Origin: an uncultured Thermomicrobiales bacterium | GTDB lineage: Bacteria; Chloroflexota; Chloroflexia; Thermomicrobiales; UBA6265 | Length of the DNA: 60,577 nucleotides | Direction of reading: 5' to 3' | Assembly: GCA_902806345.1 (NCBI GenBank) | Contig: CADCWF010000296.1 | Location: forward strand, 1-60,577 | In this document: positions 21,102 to 31,676 of the stretch, piece after piece | Numbering within the stretch: position 1 is the first letter of the stretch | How the letters are laid out: the number at the start of each line of letters is the position of its first letter | Notes under the pieces: generated by a model | Database searches by the model: none | Told to the model about the DNA's origin: nothing | What the model saw: the letters and a program-made list of their open reading frames with translations, nothing else | Made by a program: the position numbers and the translations under genes

Positions 21102-21339
21102 CCGGCTCTCCTTGCTGACCAAGGATCTCTCCTGGGGAGTGTGGTTGGGCGTTGGCCCATGCCTTTCGAGGACTTCGACCAAGTAGCCGACCTGGAGGTA
21201 GCCCCAGTGGCGGCCGAATGGCTTGCCTCGGCGCGTCGATATCGACGAGATGGCTGCAACACGACGCCCGGTTCGTGCGGGTGCCGTACCGAGCGCCAGG
21301 CAACGGGCTTTCCCTTCGCCGCCCTCGTCCCCAGTCTTA

Positions 21340-21356
21340 GAGCGCGTTGCAAAACC
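21340..21356 (+). mobile_element. IS5-family-like terminal inverted repeat (orphan end)
   Basis: TTA|GAGCGCGTTGCAAAACC is a 16/17 inverted match to 22419-22435. Confidence 0.7.
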
Positions 21357-21672
21357 GGTGAGACGCTGCCGAGCAGACGGAGCCGGCGGTGGTCCCGCCG
21401 GTCGGTGGTCCGGCCGCGCTCGGGGATTGACCGGGGGGGACGCCCCCACTAGCATCCGTCTCCCCCCTGCCTCGGCCGGGGATCCGAGGAGGAGCGACCC
21501 GCCAACGGGAGCGGACCGTGGGCCGTCGGTCGTTCGCGTCCGTCGTCGCCGGCGGCGGAACCTTCGCGATGGGCCCGCGAGAGGTTCCGGGCGGCCACAG
21601 CATCGTCGGCGAGGACCCGCGGGGCGCGGAATGCGCGCTCGTCGGAAAAGCCCGAACCCAAAGGAGAGCGAC

Positions 21673-22170
21673 ATGTCCGACAAGCTCGTGATCTGCTTGT
21701 GGTTCGACAAAGGCGAGGCGCGCCGGGCCGCCGAGTTCTACGCGTCCGTGTTCCCGGACACCCGCGTGGGACCGACGCACGAAGCCGCCTCCGACTATCC
21801 CGGCGGCGAGCTGGGAGACGAGCTGACGGTCGAGTTCTCCGTCCTCGGGCGGCCCTTTATCGGCCTCAACGGCGGCCCGACCTTCACGCCGAACGAAGCC
21901 GTCAGCTTCATGGTCATGACCGAGGACCAGGAGGAAACCGACCGCTACTGGAACGCGATCACCCGGAACGGCGGAGAAGAGAGCGCGTGCGGCTGGTGCA
22001 GGGACAGGTGGGGCTTCTCGTGGCAGATCACCCCCCGGCGGCTGCTCGAGCTGACGGGCGAAGGCGGCGAGCGCGCAAAGCGGGCCTTCGAAGCGATGAT
22101 GGGCATGCAAAAGATCGACGTCGCGGCGCTCGATCGGGCGGTCGAAGGCGTGCCGGCGACGTTGACGTAG
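21673..22170 (+). CDS. VOC/PhnB family protein (3-dmu-9_3-mt domain)
   Basis: AAGGAG RBS; CLWFD...AAEFYASVFP, LNGGP, CGWCRDRWGFSWQI, AMMGMQKID. Confidence 0.92.
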   Translation: MSDKLVICLWFDKGEARRAAEFYASVFPDTRVGPTHEAASDYPGGELGDELTVEFSVLGRPFIGLNGGPTFTPNEAVSFMVMTEDQEETDRYWNAITRNGGEESACGWCRDRWGFSWQITPRRLLELTGEGGERAKRAFEAMMGMQKIDVAALDRAVEGVPATLT

Positions 22171-22300
22171 CGACGCCGCGGCGCGAGCGTGCGCTTGACG
22201 GGCAGGCTCTGGCGGTCGACCCGAGCGATCACGTTCCGGGCAAGCCCACCGGCCGGGTCGATGGCGATGAGGGGAACGTTCAGGCTCAGATCGGCGGGCA

Positions 22301-22438
22301 TAAGAGCGTGCTGCAACACCTCTCGGAGGCTCCTCGGGTAGCCGCCGATGGTCGGCATCTCCCGTGTCCCGACGGGTGATCCGCATGCCGTCGTCCGCGG
22401 GCGAGGCGGATGGGGGAGGGTTTTGCAACACGCTCTAA
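22301..22438. mobile_element. MITE (132 bp) with 17-bp imperfect TIRs and TAA target duplication, IS5-family-like
   Basis: TAA|GAGCGTGCTGCAACACC ... GGTTTTGCAACACGCTC|TAA. Confidence 0.75.
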
Positions 22439-22855
22439 GGCCGTGGCCCACCCTCCTCCGTCACGATGCTTTGCCCGAAGAAGCACACTACCTGCCCGCA
22501 ACGCCAGCTAGATCCCAATCGGGATCGAACGCCCGGGCCGGGGGGGTGGCGGGAACGCCCTGGACTGGGGGCACTGGCGACGGTGAAGCACGAACTGGCG
22601 CGAGCATCCGGGTAGAGCAATCGCTTTACTCCCAGCACAAACACCCCTGGAGAAGCCAGGCATCGATCGGGCTTCGAGGGGAGCGCCCGCCGCATGCGCG
22701 TGGTAGATCCGCTCACCACCCCCTGCCGAACGGGGATCGCCTCATGTACGCTTAACATCCCCCTCGGAGCGTTGCTCCCGGGGCGATTTCGACGTGGGCT
22801 CGCCCTGCACTCCGCAACACGCCGGGCGAGGTCGACGTGCGGGGCGGGGGGGCAC

Positions 22856-25750
22856 GTGGAGGACTCCGAGCGCACGGAGCCCGAGGCAGGCGGGACTGTC
22901 GACGAGCTCCGGGTCTGGGGGAATGCCCTCGGGATCCTGGCCAAGCAGTTGCCGGCCATCCTCTGGACGGTCGACGCCGAGCTGCGCTTCACCTCCTCCT
23001 TCGGGGCGGGCCTCCGGGCCCTCGGCCTACGTCCGGGGGAGGCGGTTGGCCAGACCCTCGCCGAGTTCTTCGGGGTCGGCGACCGCGACCACCCCTCGAT
23101 CGCCGCCCACCGCCGTGCGCTGCGCGGCGAGCCGGTCGTCTACCACGAGGCGTGGGCGGGCCTCTCCTACCGCGTCCACCTTTCGCCGGTGCGCGGCCCC
23201 GATGGCGCGATCGACGGCGTCCTCGGACTCGCCTTGGACGTCACCGGGCAGGCGGCGGCCGAGGAGCGGTACCGGCGGAGCGACGAGCGCCTCGGGCTGG
23301 CCCTGGCCGCCGTCGGGATGGGGACCTGGGACTACGATATCCGGTCCGGCGAGGTCGCGTGCTCGCCGACGACGGCCGCCCTCCTTGGCCTCCCACCCGG
23401 CACCGCCCGTTACCCCTATGCGGCGACGCTCGCGCGCATCCTGCCCGAGGACCGGCGGCGGCTCGAGGAGGCCGATCGGCGGTCGGTCGAGGCCGGGGCA
23501 GTCTACGAGGTCGAGTACCGTTTCCTCCTGCCCGACGGCCGCGTTCGCTGGCTGGCGGAGCGGGGGGAAGATTCCGAACGCGGCGCGGACGGCCGCGCCA
23601 CGGTGATGCGCGGCGTCATCTTCGACGTCACCGAGCGCCACGAGGCGGAGGAGGAGCTGCGGCTCAGCCAAGACCGCCTTGCCACGGTCTTCCGCGCCAG
23701 CCCGGTCGCGATCGTCGTCCGGTCCCTGATCGACGGCCGGTTCCGGGACGTCAACGACCGCTTCCTCGAGATGACCGGGTACGCGCGGGAGGAGGTGATC
23801 GGCCGGACGCCCGCCGAAGTCGGCGTCTGGGCGGGGTCGTCCGAGGACGACCGGAACCTGGTCGCGGGGCAAGTGCGGGCGAACGGCAGCGTCCGGAACC
23901 ACGAGGGCACCTTCCGCACCAAGGCCGGGAACATCCGGCGCGTGCTGCTGTCCCTGGAGAGGATCGAGCTGGAGGGGGAGCCCTGCCTCCTCGGGTTCGG
24001 CTACGACGTCACAGAGCGCAAGCGGATGGAGGAGGAGCTGCGCCGGAGCGAGGAGCGTTTCCGGGCCCTGGTGGCCAACGCCTCCGACGTCATCACCGTT
24101 CTCGACGCCGAGGGCACGATCCGCTACGAGAGCCCGGCGGTCGAGCGTATGCTCGGATACTCCCCCGAGGAACTCGTCGGCTCCGACCCCATCGCCCTGG
24201 TCCACCCCGACGACGCGGCGGCGGCACAGGACTTCTTCGCGGAGATCCTGCGCTCACCCGAGACCAACGTCCCGTCGACCGCGCGCTTTCAGCACAAGGA
24301 TGGGTCGTGGCGCTGGCTGCAGGCGGTCGGCACCAACATGCTCGACGACCCGGCGGTCGGCGGGGTCGTCGTCAACGCCCGCGACGTCACCGAGCGCCGA
24401 GAGGTGGAGGCGCTGTTGGAGCACCGGGCCTTCCACGACCCCCTGACCGACCTTCCCAATCGGGCCCGCTTCATCGAGCGGCTCGAGCAAGCGATTGCCG
24501 CTACCGGTCGTCATGGCAACCCCATCGCGATCCTCCTGGTCGACCTCGACGGCTTCAAGGTCGTCAACGACAGTCTCGGCCACGTCTCCGGTGACGCGCT
24601 CCTGGTCGCCGTTGCCGCACGTTTGCGGGCCGCGCTGGCCCCGGAGGCGCTGCTCGCCCGCTTCGGTGGCGACGAGTTCGCCGTCCTGCTCGCGGGACTC
24701 GGTTGCCCGGATGCGGCGACCCGCGTGGCGAAGGAACTGGTCGAAGTGCTGGATGCCCCGTTCCTCGTCGACGGGCGCGAGACGTACGTCACCGCCAGCG
24801 TGGGCATTGCCCGACGGACGCCCCGACGAGCCGACCCGAATGACCTCCTGCGCGACGCCGACACCGCGCTCTACCGCGCAAAGGCAGCCGGGCGCGGCGG
24901 GTACGCCGTCTTCGTGCCGCGGATGCGGGCGGACGCGGTGGCGCGGCTGGAGCGGGAGACGGCGTTGCGGCGGGCGGTCGAGCGGGATGAGTTGGTCCTC
25001 CACTACCAGCCGGTCGTCGAGCTGGCAACCGGCGGCATCATCGGGGCGGAGGCGCTGCTGCGGTGGCGGCAACCCGGGGGTGGGCTGCTGCCGCCGGCCG
25101 AGTTCATCGGGCTGGCGGAGGAGACCGGGCTGGTCGTCCCGCTCGGGCGCTGGGTGCTGCGGGAGGCGTGCCGCCAAGCGGCGGCCTGGCTTGCCGCCGC
25201 GGAGGAGGGGTTGCCATTCGTCATCGGCGTCAACGTGTCGGCCCGCCAACTCCAGCACGTTGGGTTCGTACAGGAGGTGGCGACGGCGCTGGACGAAGCC
25301 GGGCTGGCACCTTGGCGGTTGGAACTGGAGGTCACCGAGGGCGTGGCGACGGCGGACGCCGAGACAACCCGAAGGGCGCTGGCGGCGCTGCGCAAGCTCG
25401 GCGTTCGCCTTGCGATCGACGACTTCGGGACCGGCCAGTCGTCGCTGGGTCGCCTGCACGCACTGCCCTTCGCGACGCTCAAGATTGACGGCTCGTTCGT
25501 CGCCGGGCTGGGACGTGACCGGGCCGGTCTGGCCGTGGTCCGGGCAGTGACCGGGCTGGCCCACGACCTCGGGATTGCCACAACCGCGGAGGGCGTCGAG
25601 ACGGCCGAGCAGGCGGCGGCCCTACGGGACCTGGGGGTCGACCGTGCCCAGGGGTACCATTTCGCGCCGCCGCTGGACGCCGACCGCGTCGGCGTGCACC
25701 TGGCCCGGCACGACCGGTCGCTCGGGGGATCCGATGCCACGCCGGGCTGA
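22856..25750 (+). CDS. Multi-PAS diguanylate cyclase/phosphodiesterase (about 4 PAS + GGDEF + EAL)
   Basis: Repeated DVTER PAS ends; [10 protein letters not shown]; RFGGDEF; AEALLRW; IDDFGTG; AEGVET. Start uncertain (ORF is open from 22694). Confidence 0.93.
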   Translation: MEDSERTEPEAGGTVDELRVWGNALGILAKQLPAILWTVDAELRFTSSFGAGLRALGLRPGEAVGQTLAEFFGVGDRDHPSIAAHRRALRGEPVVYHEAWAGLSYRVHLSPVRGPDGAIDGVLGLALDVTGQAAAEERYRRSDERLGLALAAVGMGTWDYDIRSGEVACSPTTAALLGLPPGTARYPYAATLARILPEDRRRLEEADRRSVEAGAVYEVEYRFLLPDGRVRWLAERGEDSERGADGRATVMRGVIFDVTERHEAEEELRLSQDRLATVFRASPVAIVVRSLIDGRFRDVNDRFLEMTGYAREEVIGRTPAEVGVWAGSSEDDRNLVAGQVRANGSVRNHEGTFRTKAGNIRRVLLSLERIELEGEPCLLGFGYDVTERKRMEEELRRSEERFRALVANASDVITVLDAEGTIRYESPAVERMLGYSPEELVGSDPIALVHPDDAAAAQDFFAEILRSPETNVPSTARFQHKDGSWRWLQAVGTNMLDDPAVGGVVVNARDVTERREVEALLEHRAFHDPLTDLPNRARFIERLEQAIAATGRHGNPIAILLVDLDGFKVVNDSLGHVSGDALLVAVAARLRAALAPEALLARFGGDEFAVLLAGLGCPDAATRVAKELVEVLDAPFLVDGRETYVTASVGIARRTPRRADPNDLLRDADTALYRAKAAGRGGYAVFVPRMRADAVARLERETALRRAVERDELVLHYQPVVELATGGIIGAEALLRWRQPGGGLLPPAEFIGLAEETGLVVPLGRWVLREACRQAAAWLAAAEEGLPFVIGVNVSARQLQHVGFVQEVATALDEAGLAPWRLELEVTEGVATADAETTRRALAALRKLGVRLAIDDFGTGQSSLGRLHALPFATLKIDGSFVAGLGRDRAGLAVVRAVTGLAHDLGIATTAEGVETAEQAAALRDLGVDRAQGYHFAPPLDADRVGVHLARHDRSLGGSDATPG

Positions 25751-26548
25751 CGGGGTGGGAGGGCACGAGGCGCGGGTCGGCGTCGGGCAGCGTGGCCGGA
25801 CCCGAGCCCGGCGGCGATGCGCCCGGAGCGACGGGCAGGGGTCGAGCCGAGCCCGAGTCCTTCCAGCCTGACTCCGGCGCAGCAGCGGTTCCTTCGCTTG
25901 GAAGGAGAGGCGCTGGCGTGGCCGCCCCTGCCGCTCCCCTACGTCGTACCTGGAAGGCGGCCACAAGAAGCAACGAAGCCGATTCACCGCCTCGTGCGCG
26001 GCACGATTCGGTACCGCGGCTAGGACGCATCGCCGCGAGCGCAACCAAGGAGAGCGGCCCGAGGCGAGGAACCGATCGGATCCCTGCGGCTGCGTCACTG
26101 ACACTCCGCCTGTCCCAGCAACCGGCATATGCCCACCCGCATGGGCCTGCTTCTGCCCGCAGGCGAGGGCGGGGCTTCGGCCGCCGCGTCGGCGGCGCGG
26201 CGGCATCCAACTGCACATTAGGACCGACTGCCACGGCCAGAACTACTCCAGCCACCAGCCGTCGGCGATGCTGCCAACGGTCCAGGAGCAGCGCCAGGTC
26301 TACCTGGCAACCTTCCGCCTCCCGGCGAAGACGGTGGCCGAGGTCGTCCGGCGGGAGCCTCGCCCCTGGCCACCCCAATCGATTGAATCGCACCGCGTGT
26401 CGGAGCCGACGATTGGCGTAACCGAGCGCGCGGCAGGGTGCTGGTCGAGCGGCGATTGTTGCCGGGGAGGACTCAGCGCTAGCGGCTCGCGGGCACGCCC
26501 TAGCTACTCCCGGAGGTCGGGTTCTTCTCCTCGGACGACCACCACAAT

Positions 26549-27415
26549 TCAAGCAGCGGCGGATTGCGTTCCCATCCGGCTGCCGTTGATGACCGCCCAG
26601 AGGTCTGCCGAGGCGGGACCGAACCCCGCCCGGGCGAACGCCTCCGCTACCGGCGCCAACTCCAGCCCGAGCGCCGCCCCCAGTGCCCGCCGCTCGCCGT
26701 CAACCGCCCCGATCGCGGCGACGACGCCGGGCGTCACCCCTTCCTCGTAGAACCAGAACTCGCCGCGGCTGCGCTCGATCCGGCCGGCGTTGAGGAGTAC
26801 CCCGGCCGGGTGAACGACCGGGTTGAGCGCCGAGAGCCCCGCCTCCAGGGCGTGGCCGTAGGCGACCGCGCCGGGGAACAGCGACCCCAGCCTGGTCATC
26901 GCCCACGCCGTCTGCCGCGCCGGCCGGACGCCGATCCCCAGCCCGGTCACCGTCCCCCAGATCACCGCCGCGTCCGGCGCCGTCTTGCGGCAGACGTAGG
27001 GCGCCGTGTCCGACTCGGCGACGACGACCTCGGCAACCCCGGCGGCGGCCAGCCCCCGGCCGAGCGCCAGCGCGCCGAAGTTCCCCGGCAACAGGGCCAG
27101 GAGGTGGCCGGGGCGCAGGAACGGCAGGATCTGGCGGAGGATCGGGGCGTGGGCGAAGCTGGGGACGGAGCAGAGCAGGGTGTCGGACCAGGCCAGCGCC
27201 TCGGCGGGGTCGGTCGTCGCCCCGGCCAACCGCGCCCGGCCGGTCCGCGCCGCCCCCTCGAGCCGGATCTCCCGGCCGTGCCGGATCGGCTCGAGCCCGG
27301 CGGCGTGGTCGGGGTGCTCCCAAAGGAGCACCGCGTGCCCGGCCAGCGCCAGGTCGGCCGCCATCGCGACGCCCGTGTTGCCGACCCCAAGGACCGCGAT
27401 CCGGTCTCCGCCCAC
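26549..27415 (-). pseudogene. 5' part of the interrupted NAD/NADP opine dehydrogenase
   Basis: GGAGG plus GTG; IAVLGVGNTG Rossmann motif; NPVVHP; EFWFYEEG; DGERRALG. Homology ends at GSRM, followed by insert-derived GTQSAAA*. Confidence 0.88.
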
Positions 27416-27429
27416 GACCGCCTCCGAGG

Positions 27430-27566
27430 GGATAGGGGACAGGAGAACGTTATCGGGCGGCCCGGGTGTTCCTTTGCCGCTGGCCGCGCCGAGGTTGAGC
27501 ACTATCTCCTACGCCCCATCCCCTGTCCCCTATCTCCGATACCCGATGCCCTATCCCCAATCCCCT
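27430..27566. repeat. Heptamer tandem-repeat hairpin, family D
   Basis: Nine CTATCCC-like heptamers at about 27502-27566, facing GATAGGG GACAGGA. Confidence 0.75.
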
Positions 27567-27587
27567 CGTAGGCTCGCTACGGCGGCG

Positions 27588-28304
27588 CTACGAGCTGGCG
27601 CGGAGCACGTAGCCGACGCCGCGGACGGTCTGCAGCAGGCGCGGCTCTCGGTTCGCCTCAAGGGCCCGGCGGACGGCGGCGACGGTGACGGCCAGGACGT
27701 TCGACTCACCGAAAAAATCGTCGCCCCAGATGCGCTTCATTAGGGTGTCGTGGGTGAGCACCTGGTTGGGGTGGCGAACGAAGAAGTGCAGCAGGTCGAA
27801 CTCGCGCGCCGTCAGCGTCACCTCGCGGCTGCCGCGGGTGACGATCCGGCTGCTGGGGTCGAGGGTCAGGTCCTCGTAGCGAAGTGCCTCGGTCGGGGCG
27901 CCATTCGGGGCGGCGGGGGTGGGGGCCTGGGCCCGCCGCAGCAGCGCCTTGACGCGGGCGATCAGCTCGGTGATGGCGAAGGGCTTCGGCAGGTAGTCGT
28001 CGGCCCCCGCCTCGAGGCCGGAGACGCGGTCGGTGACGGCGTCGAGCGCGGTCAGCATCAGGATCGGCGTCGGCGGCAGGCCGGCCGCATCCTCCATCGC
28101 CCGGATCCGCTTGCAGATCTCGATCCCGTTGATGTCGGGCAGCATCAGGTCGAGCAGGATCAACTCCGGCGGCTGGTCGCGCACCGCCGCCAGGGCCGCC
28201 TTGCCGTCGTTGGCGATATCGACCTGGTGCCCTTCCAGGAGAAGGCTGCGCTGAACCAGCCGGACGATTTCCGGCGTGTCCTCGACCACCAATACCCGCG
28301 CCAT
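27588..28304 (-). CDS. OmpR/MprA-type response regulator with no adjacent kinase
   Basis: VLVVED, LDLMLP, GADDYLPKPF, LTAREFDLL, TVRGVGY. Confidence 0.95.
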   Translation of the reverse strand: MARVLVVEDTPEIVRLVQRSLLLEGHQVDIANDGKAALAAVRDQPPELILLDLMLPDINGIEICKRIRAMEDAAGLPPTPILMLTALDAVTDRVSGLEAGADDYLPKPFAITELIARVKALLRRAQAPTPAAPNGAPTEALRYEDLTLDPSSRIVTRGSREVTLTAREFDLLHFFVRHPNQVLTHDTLMKRIWGDDFFGESNVLAVTVAAVRRALEANREPRLLQTVRGVGYVLRASS

Positions 28305-28781
28305 CGCGTCGGCCCCCTTGCGCCCGGCGGCGCGGGGACCGTCCCGCGGCGCCTTCCGGTGGAGTCTATCGTAGACGGTTCGGCGAGCGAGCCTGGCCAG
28401 GGGCGGGTGGCATCCGCGGCGGAACGTCCTGAATCCGCCGCGGACGGCACCGCCGGCGGCAATCCTACCGTGCCCGAAGCGCGAGGCGGACCGGCGTCAC
28501 ATCGCGAGCGGCGCACCATCCAGAGCCGCCCGATTCTCCGCCTTCCCGATACCCGCCGGCCGAACCCTTCGCTCCCTCACCCCACCGGTACCGGGCACCC
28601 GGCTTCACCATGCAGGACTGGCGGGGGCGAGGGCTCGCCCCCGCCGGACCGACGACGCGATCGCGGATCTCGGACGGGGGTCGCCAGCGGCGAGGGCGTA
28701 CAATCGGATGGTCGGGGAGGGGACGTCCGTCCCGTCCGCCCCCGTTCGCGCCGGACAGACCGCTCGCCGGAGGTGCCCTCC

Positions 28782-29105
28782 ATGAACGATCGTTTCCCGC
28801 GCCGCCTGGGCGTGGTCGCCCCAGCCCTGGCCCTGGCCACCGCGCTCGGATGCGCCGTGGCGGTCGCCGCCGAGGAGGCCCCCGTCGCGGGGCCGGCGGT
28901 CGCGGCCGCCGAACCCGCGGCCGTCCCCGCAACCGTGCCGCTGGCCGGCTCGGCGTCGGTGGCGGCGACGACGTTCATCGCCACGAGCGGACCGGTCGCG
29001 GTCAACAGCGACGGCCTGACGGCGGCCTCGGGCACCGTCGCGGTGCCTTCGGGCAGTCCCCTCGGCCCGGTCACGGGGTCGGCGCCGGCGGCCGTGGTTC
29101 CGTAG
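28782..29105 (+). CDS. Small secreted Ala/Pro-rich hypothetical protein
   Basis: GGAGGT RBS; signal-peptide-like N-terminus; GC3-rich codons. Confidence 0.6.
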   Translation: MNDRFPRRLGVVAPALALATALGCAVAVAAEEAPVAGPAVAAAEPAAVPATVPLAGSASVAATTFIATSGPVAVNSDGLTAASGTVAVPSGSPLGPVTGSAPAAVVP

Positions 29106-29219
29106 GTGCGGGGTGCGGACGCGAGGCGCCGCGACCGAACCGTCCTCGCCCCCGGCCCTCTCTCCCGCTTCGGCCCGACAAGGGTTCCAATCCAAGTGGA
29201 GGTGGCTGGTCCACGCCTG

Positions 29220-29284
29220 GCCCTCACCCCCCTGCCGCCACCTGCTCCGCGGGTACCCGGCCCGATGCGCGGGAGAGGGGGAGA
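29220..29284 (+). repeat. REP-like repeat family A, long variant
   Basis: The 30-bp block 29244-29273 is identical to the reverse complement of 56456-56485. Confidence 0.75.
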
Positions 29285-29405
29285 GCTGGCCTCGCCGCCT
29301 CGATTGCGTCCCGATCCCCGACCCTGTCGGGCGCGGCGGGAGCCGGGGGGCGGGTTCCGACCGCACCGTCGCGTGGTACGGAGGTCGGTGCTTGTTGTGC
29401 TTGAC

Positions 29406-29438
29406 CCCACCCAATCGGTAACGGCATCGTTGGGTGGG
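29406..29438 (+). promoter_or_regulatory. Hairpin covering the translation-initiation region of crcB
   Basis: CCCACCCAA (29406-29414) pairs with TTGGGTGGG (29430-29438), 5 nt before the GTG start. Confidence 0.45.
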
Positions 29439-29443
29439 CGGCG

Positions 29444-29818
29444 GTGACGGCCGTCGTCTGGGTCGCGCTCGGGGGGGCGCTGGGGTCGGTTGCCCGCTAC
29501 GGCGTCTCGCTGATCGGCGCCCGCCTCGGCGCCGCCTTCGCGCTGCCGACGTTCGCCGTCAACGTCACCGGCTCGTTCGCCATCGGCCTCGCCATGGCGC
29601 TGCTGCTGGGGCGGGCGGCGGACCCCGCCTGGCGGTTCTTCCTCGTGACCGGGTTCCTCGGCGGCTACACCACCTTCAGCACCTTCGCCTTCGACGCCCT
29701 CCGCCTGACCCACGAGGGCCGCCCGGCCCAGGCGGCCCTGTACGTCGTCGGCACGACTGTGGTCGGGTTGCTGGCGTGCGCCGCTGGCGTCGCGCTTGGC
29801 CGTCTGCTGGCCCGCTAA
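29444..29818 (+). CDS. crcB: Fluoride channel Fluc/CrcB
   Basis: GGALGSVARY, TFAVNVTGSF, TGFLGGYTTFSTF. Confidence 0.95.
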   Translation: MTAVVWVALGGALGSVARYGVSLIGARLGAAFALPTFAVNVTGSFAIGLAMALLLGRAADPAWRFFLVTGFLGGYTTFSTFAFDALRLTHEGRPAQAALYVVGTTVVGLLACAAGVALGRLLAR

Positions 29819-30254
29819 CGAGGCCGGGAGACGGGAAGACTCGTCGAGAGGCAAGCAGGCACCCGCGCTCACCGACCCGTGACGACGGTTGCCCCCTTCG
29901 TTATCTCGCACCAGACATCCAACCGATGCGGAATCCGGCGGGACGGGTCCGGTATCCGGGGCCGGGCCCTCGCCCTACTCGGGGACCCGACCGCCGCCCG
30001 TTCCGCGGGCACCCGGCCTGACGCGCGGTTCCCCGAGCTGAGCGGGGGCTCGTGCCGACCTGCGAGCAGAAGCATCCAAGCGGATGTCGCATGAACGATC
30101 CCGCGTGGGCGAGTGCCATGCGGCATGGGGCAGCAATCGGAGCCGGAGTGGGCGTGTCCGTAGGGCCGGGCGAACGACCATCGACCGTCGGCTCGGACAG
30201 ACGGCAAACCGGGCGGTCGCTCTCTGGCCTGGCGACTTGGGGCCGAACGCCGCT

Positions 30255-31676
30255 TCATGCCCCGCGCAGCAGCGCCACCACCTCGGCCAGCGTCTCCGGG
30301 CCGCCGACGTTGCCGGGGAAGACGACGTAGGGCAGGCCCGGGTAGCGCGTCTCCGGCCCCAGCCGCCAGACGGGCACCCCCGGCCGCACCTGGCCGAGCA
30401 CGATCGCCCGCCGTGCCCCGAGTGCCTCCGTCCCCACGTCCGAGGAGGTGATGCCGCCCTTGCCGACCACCCAACCGGGGACGCCGCCTTGGGCACCCCC
30501 AAGGCCGCGGACCGCCGACACGAGGGCAGCCGAGACGCTCCGGCTGATCCGCAACTGGTCCTCCGGTCCGTCGCCCTGGACGACCTCGCGGGTGGTGGCG
30601 AGGACCGGCGTCTCCCCCCGGCCCAGCGCCTCCCGCGCCGCCCGGCTCGCCGCCGTGATGGCCGCGCCGCGCCGCGCCGGGTCGAGCACGGCCGGCACCG
30701 AGAGCCCGACCGCGACGACCCCCGGCTGTTCCACCAGCGCCGCCAACTGCTGCCCCGTCCGCCCGACGTGGGAGCCGACGACGACGAAGCCGGGCAGGGG
30801 GGCGGGGGCATCCGGGCCGAGCAGGTCGTCCCGCGAGAGCAGGGGCCGCGCCTCCTGCCCGGCCCGGATCCGGACGAACGAGGCGGCGGTGCGGGCCAGC
30901 AGCCGGATCCCCGCCGCCTCGGCCAGGAGCGACCCGAGGGCGACGACCTCCAGGTCGCGGTCGGCGACGGCGTTGACGACGACCACCTGCCCGCCCGCGC
31001 AGGCCCGGAGCGCCCGCGCCACGCCGTCCGGCCCCTCGCCACGGATGAGGTCGAGCCCGAGCGAGGCGACCTCGGCCGCCGGAATCCGCCCTCCCGTCCG
31101 CTCCTCGACCCAGGCACGCAGGTCGGACGAGCGGTAGCCGAACGAGGCGTCGAGGGCGAACTCGCTCTCGGCCGCCGCTATCCATTGCTCGCCGTCGCGC
31201 ACCCAGTGGGTGTCGCCGACGGTGAGGCGGCCGCCCTCGACGAAGGCCGGGGCCAGCAGCAGGGCGTCGACGCCGCCGAGCACCTCTGCCAGGGCGTCCG
31301 TCTCGGCCGGGAAGTGGCCGCGCAGGGTCGAGTCGCTCCGGCTGAGCACCGTGGCCTCAATCCCCGCCTCCCGACTGGCGGCCAGCAGGTTGGCGGCGAT
31401 CTCCCGGTTCAGCGCGGCCGCGTCGGCCTCTGGCAGCGAGCGGCTGTTGGTCAGGACGAAGCAGAGCGGGCCCGGATCGCGCAGCTCGGCGGCGAGGTCG
31501 GGAACCTCCCAGCGGGCCAGCACCGGCGTCTGGGAGACGGTCTGGACGCCGGTCGGGTCGTCGTCGAGGGCGACCAGCTTGCGGCCGGAGCGCGCCTGGG
31601 CCCCCCGGATCCAGGGGAGGAGCGGTTTGGGCCATTCTGGCGGCAGACCGGCGAAGGGGCCGGTCGGGGCTGCCAC
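30255..31676 (-). CDS. Four-carbon acid sugar kinase family (DUF1537)
   Basis: LDDDPTG, LTNSRS, SRSDSTLRGH, KGGITSSD, VVFPGNVG; the GTG start overlaps the SDR stop. Confidence 0.9.
   Translation of the reverse strand: MAAPTGPFAGLPPEWPKPLLPWIRGAQARSGRKLVALDDDPTGVQTVSQTPVLARWEVPDLAAELRDPGPLCFVLTNSRSLPEADAAALNREIAANLLAASREAGIEATVLSRSDSTLRGHFPAETDALAEVLGGVDALLLAPAFVEGGRLTVGDTHWVRDGEQWIAAAESEFALDASFGYRSSDLRAWVEERTGGRIPAAEVASLGLDLIRGEGPDGVARALRACAGGQVVVVNAVADRDLEVVALGSLLAEAAGIRLLARTAASFVRIRAGQEARPLLSRDDLLGPDAPAPLPGFVVVGSHVGRTGQQLAALVEQPGVVAVGLSVPAVLDPARRGAAITAASRAAREALGRGETPVLATTREVVQGDGPEDQLRISRSVSAALVSAVRGLGGAQGGVPGWVVGKGGITSSDVGTEALGARRAIVLGQVRPGVPVWRLGPETRYPGLPYVVFPGNVGGPETLAEVVALLRGA

Larger units (their letters stand above)
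21099..26581. mobile_element. 5474-bp integrated element within the opine dehydrogenase gene, bounded by att-like direct repeats
   Basis: CATCCGGCT at 21099-21107 and 26573-26581, extending to 18/22 identity. Removing one copy plus the insert restores a 362-aa ORF. Confidence 0.85.

Noticed and set aside
22440-22856. c-di-GMP riboswitch upstream of the GGDEF/EAL gene
   Set aside because: No GEMM-like consensus seen by eye.
25751-26572. Possible integrase remnant at the right end of the insert
   Set aside because: No tyrosine- or serine-recombinase motifs recognised in the ORF translations; a tBLASTn search is needed.
21099-26581. Intron or intein explanation for the split gene
   Set aside because: The insert holds opposite-strand metabolic and signalling genes, has no RT/maturase or intein motifs, and duplicates the junction sequence.
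29821-30250. Possible ncRNA (SRP RNA or cobalamin riboswitch) between crcB and the kinase gene
   Set aside because: Conserved core motifs not found on either strand.
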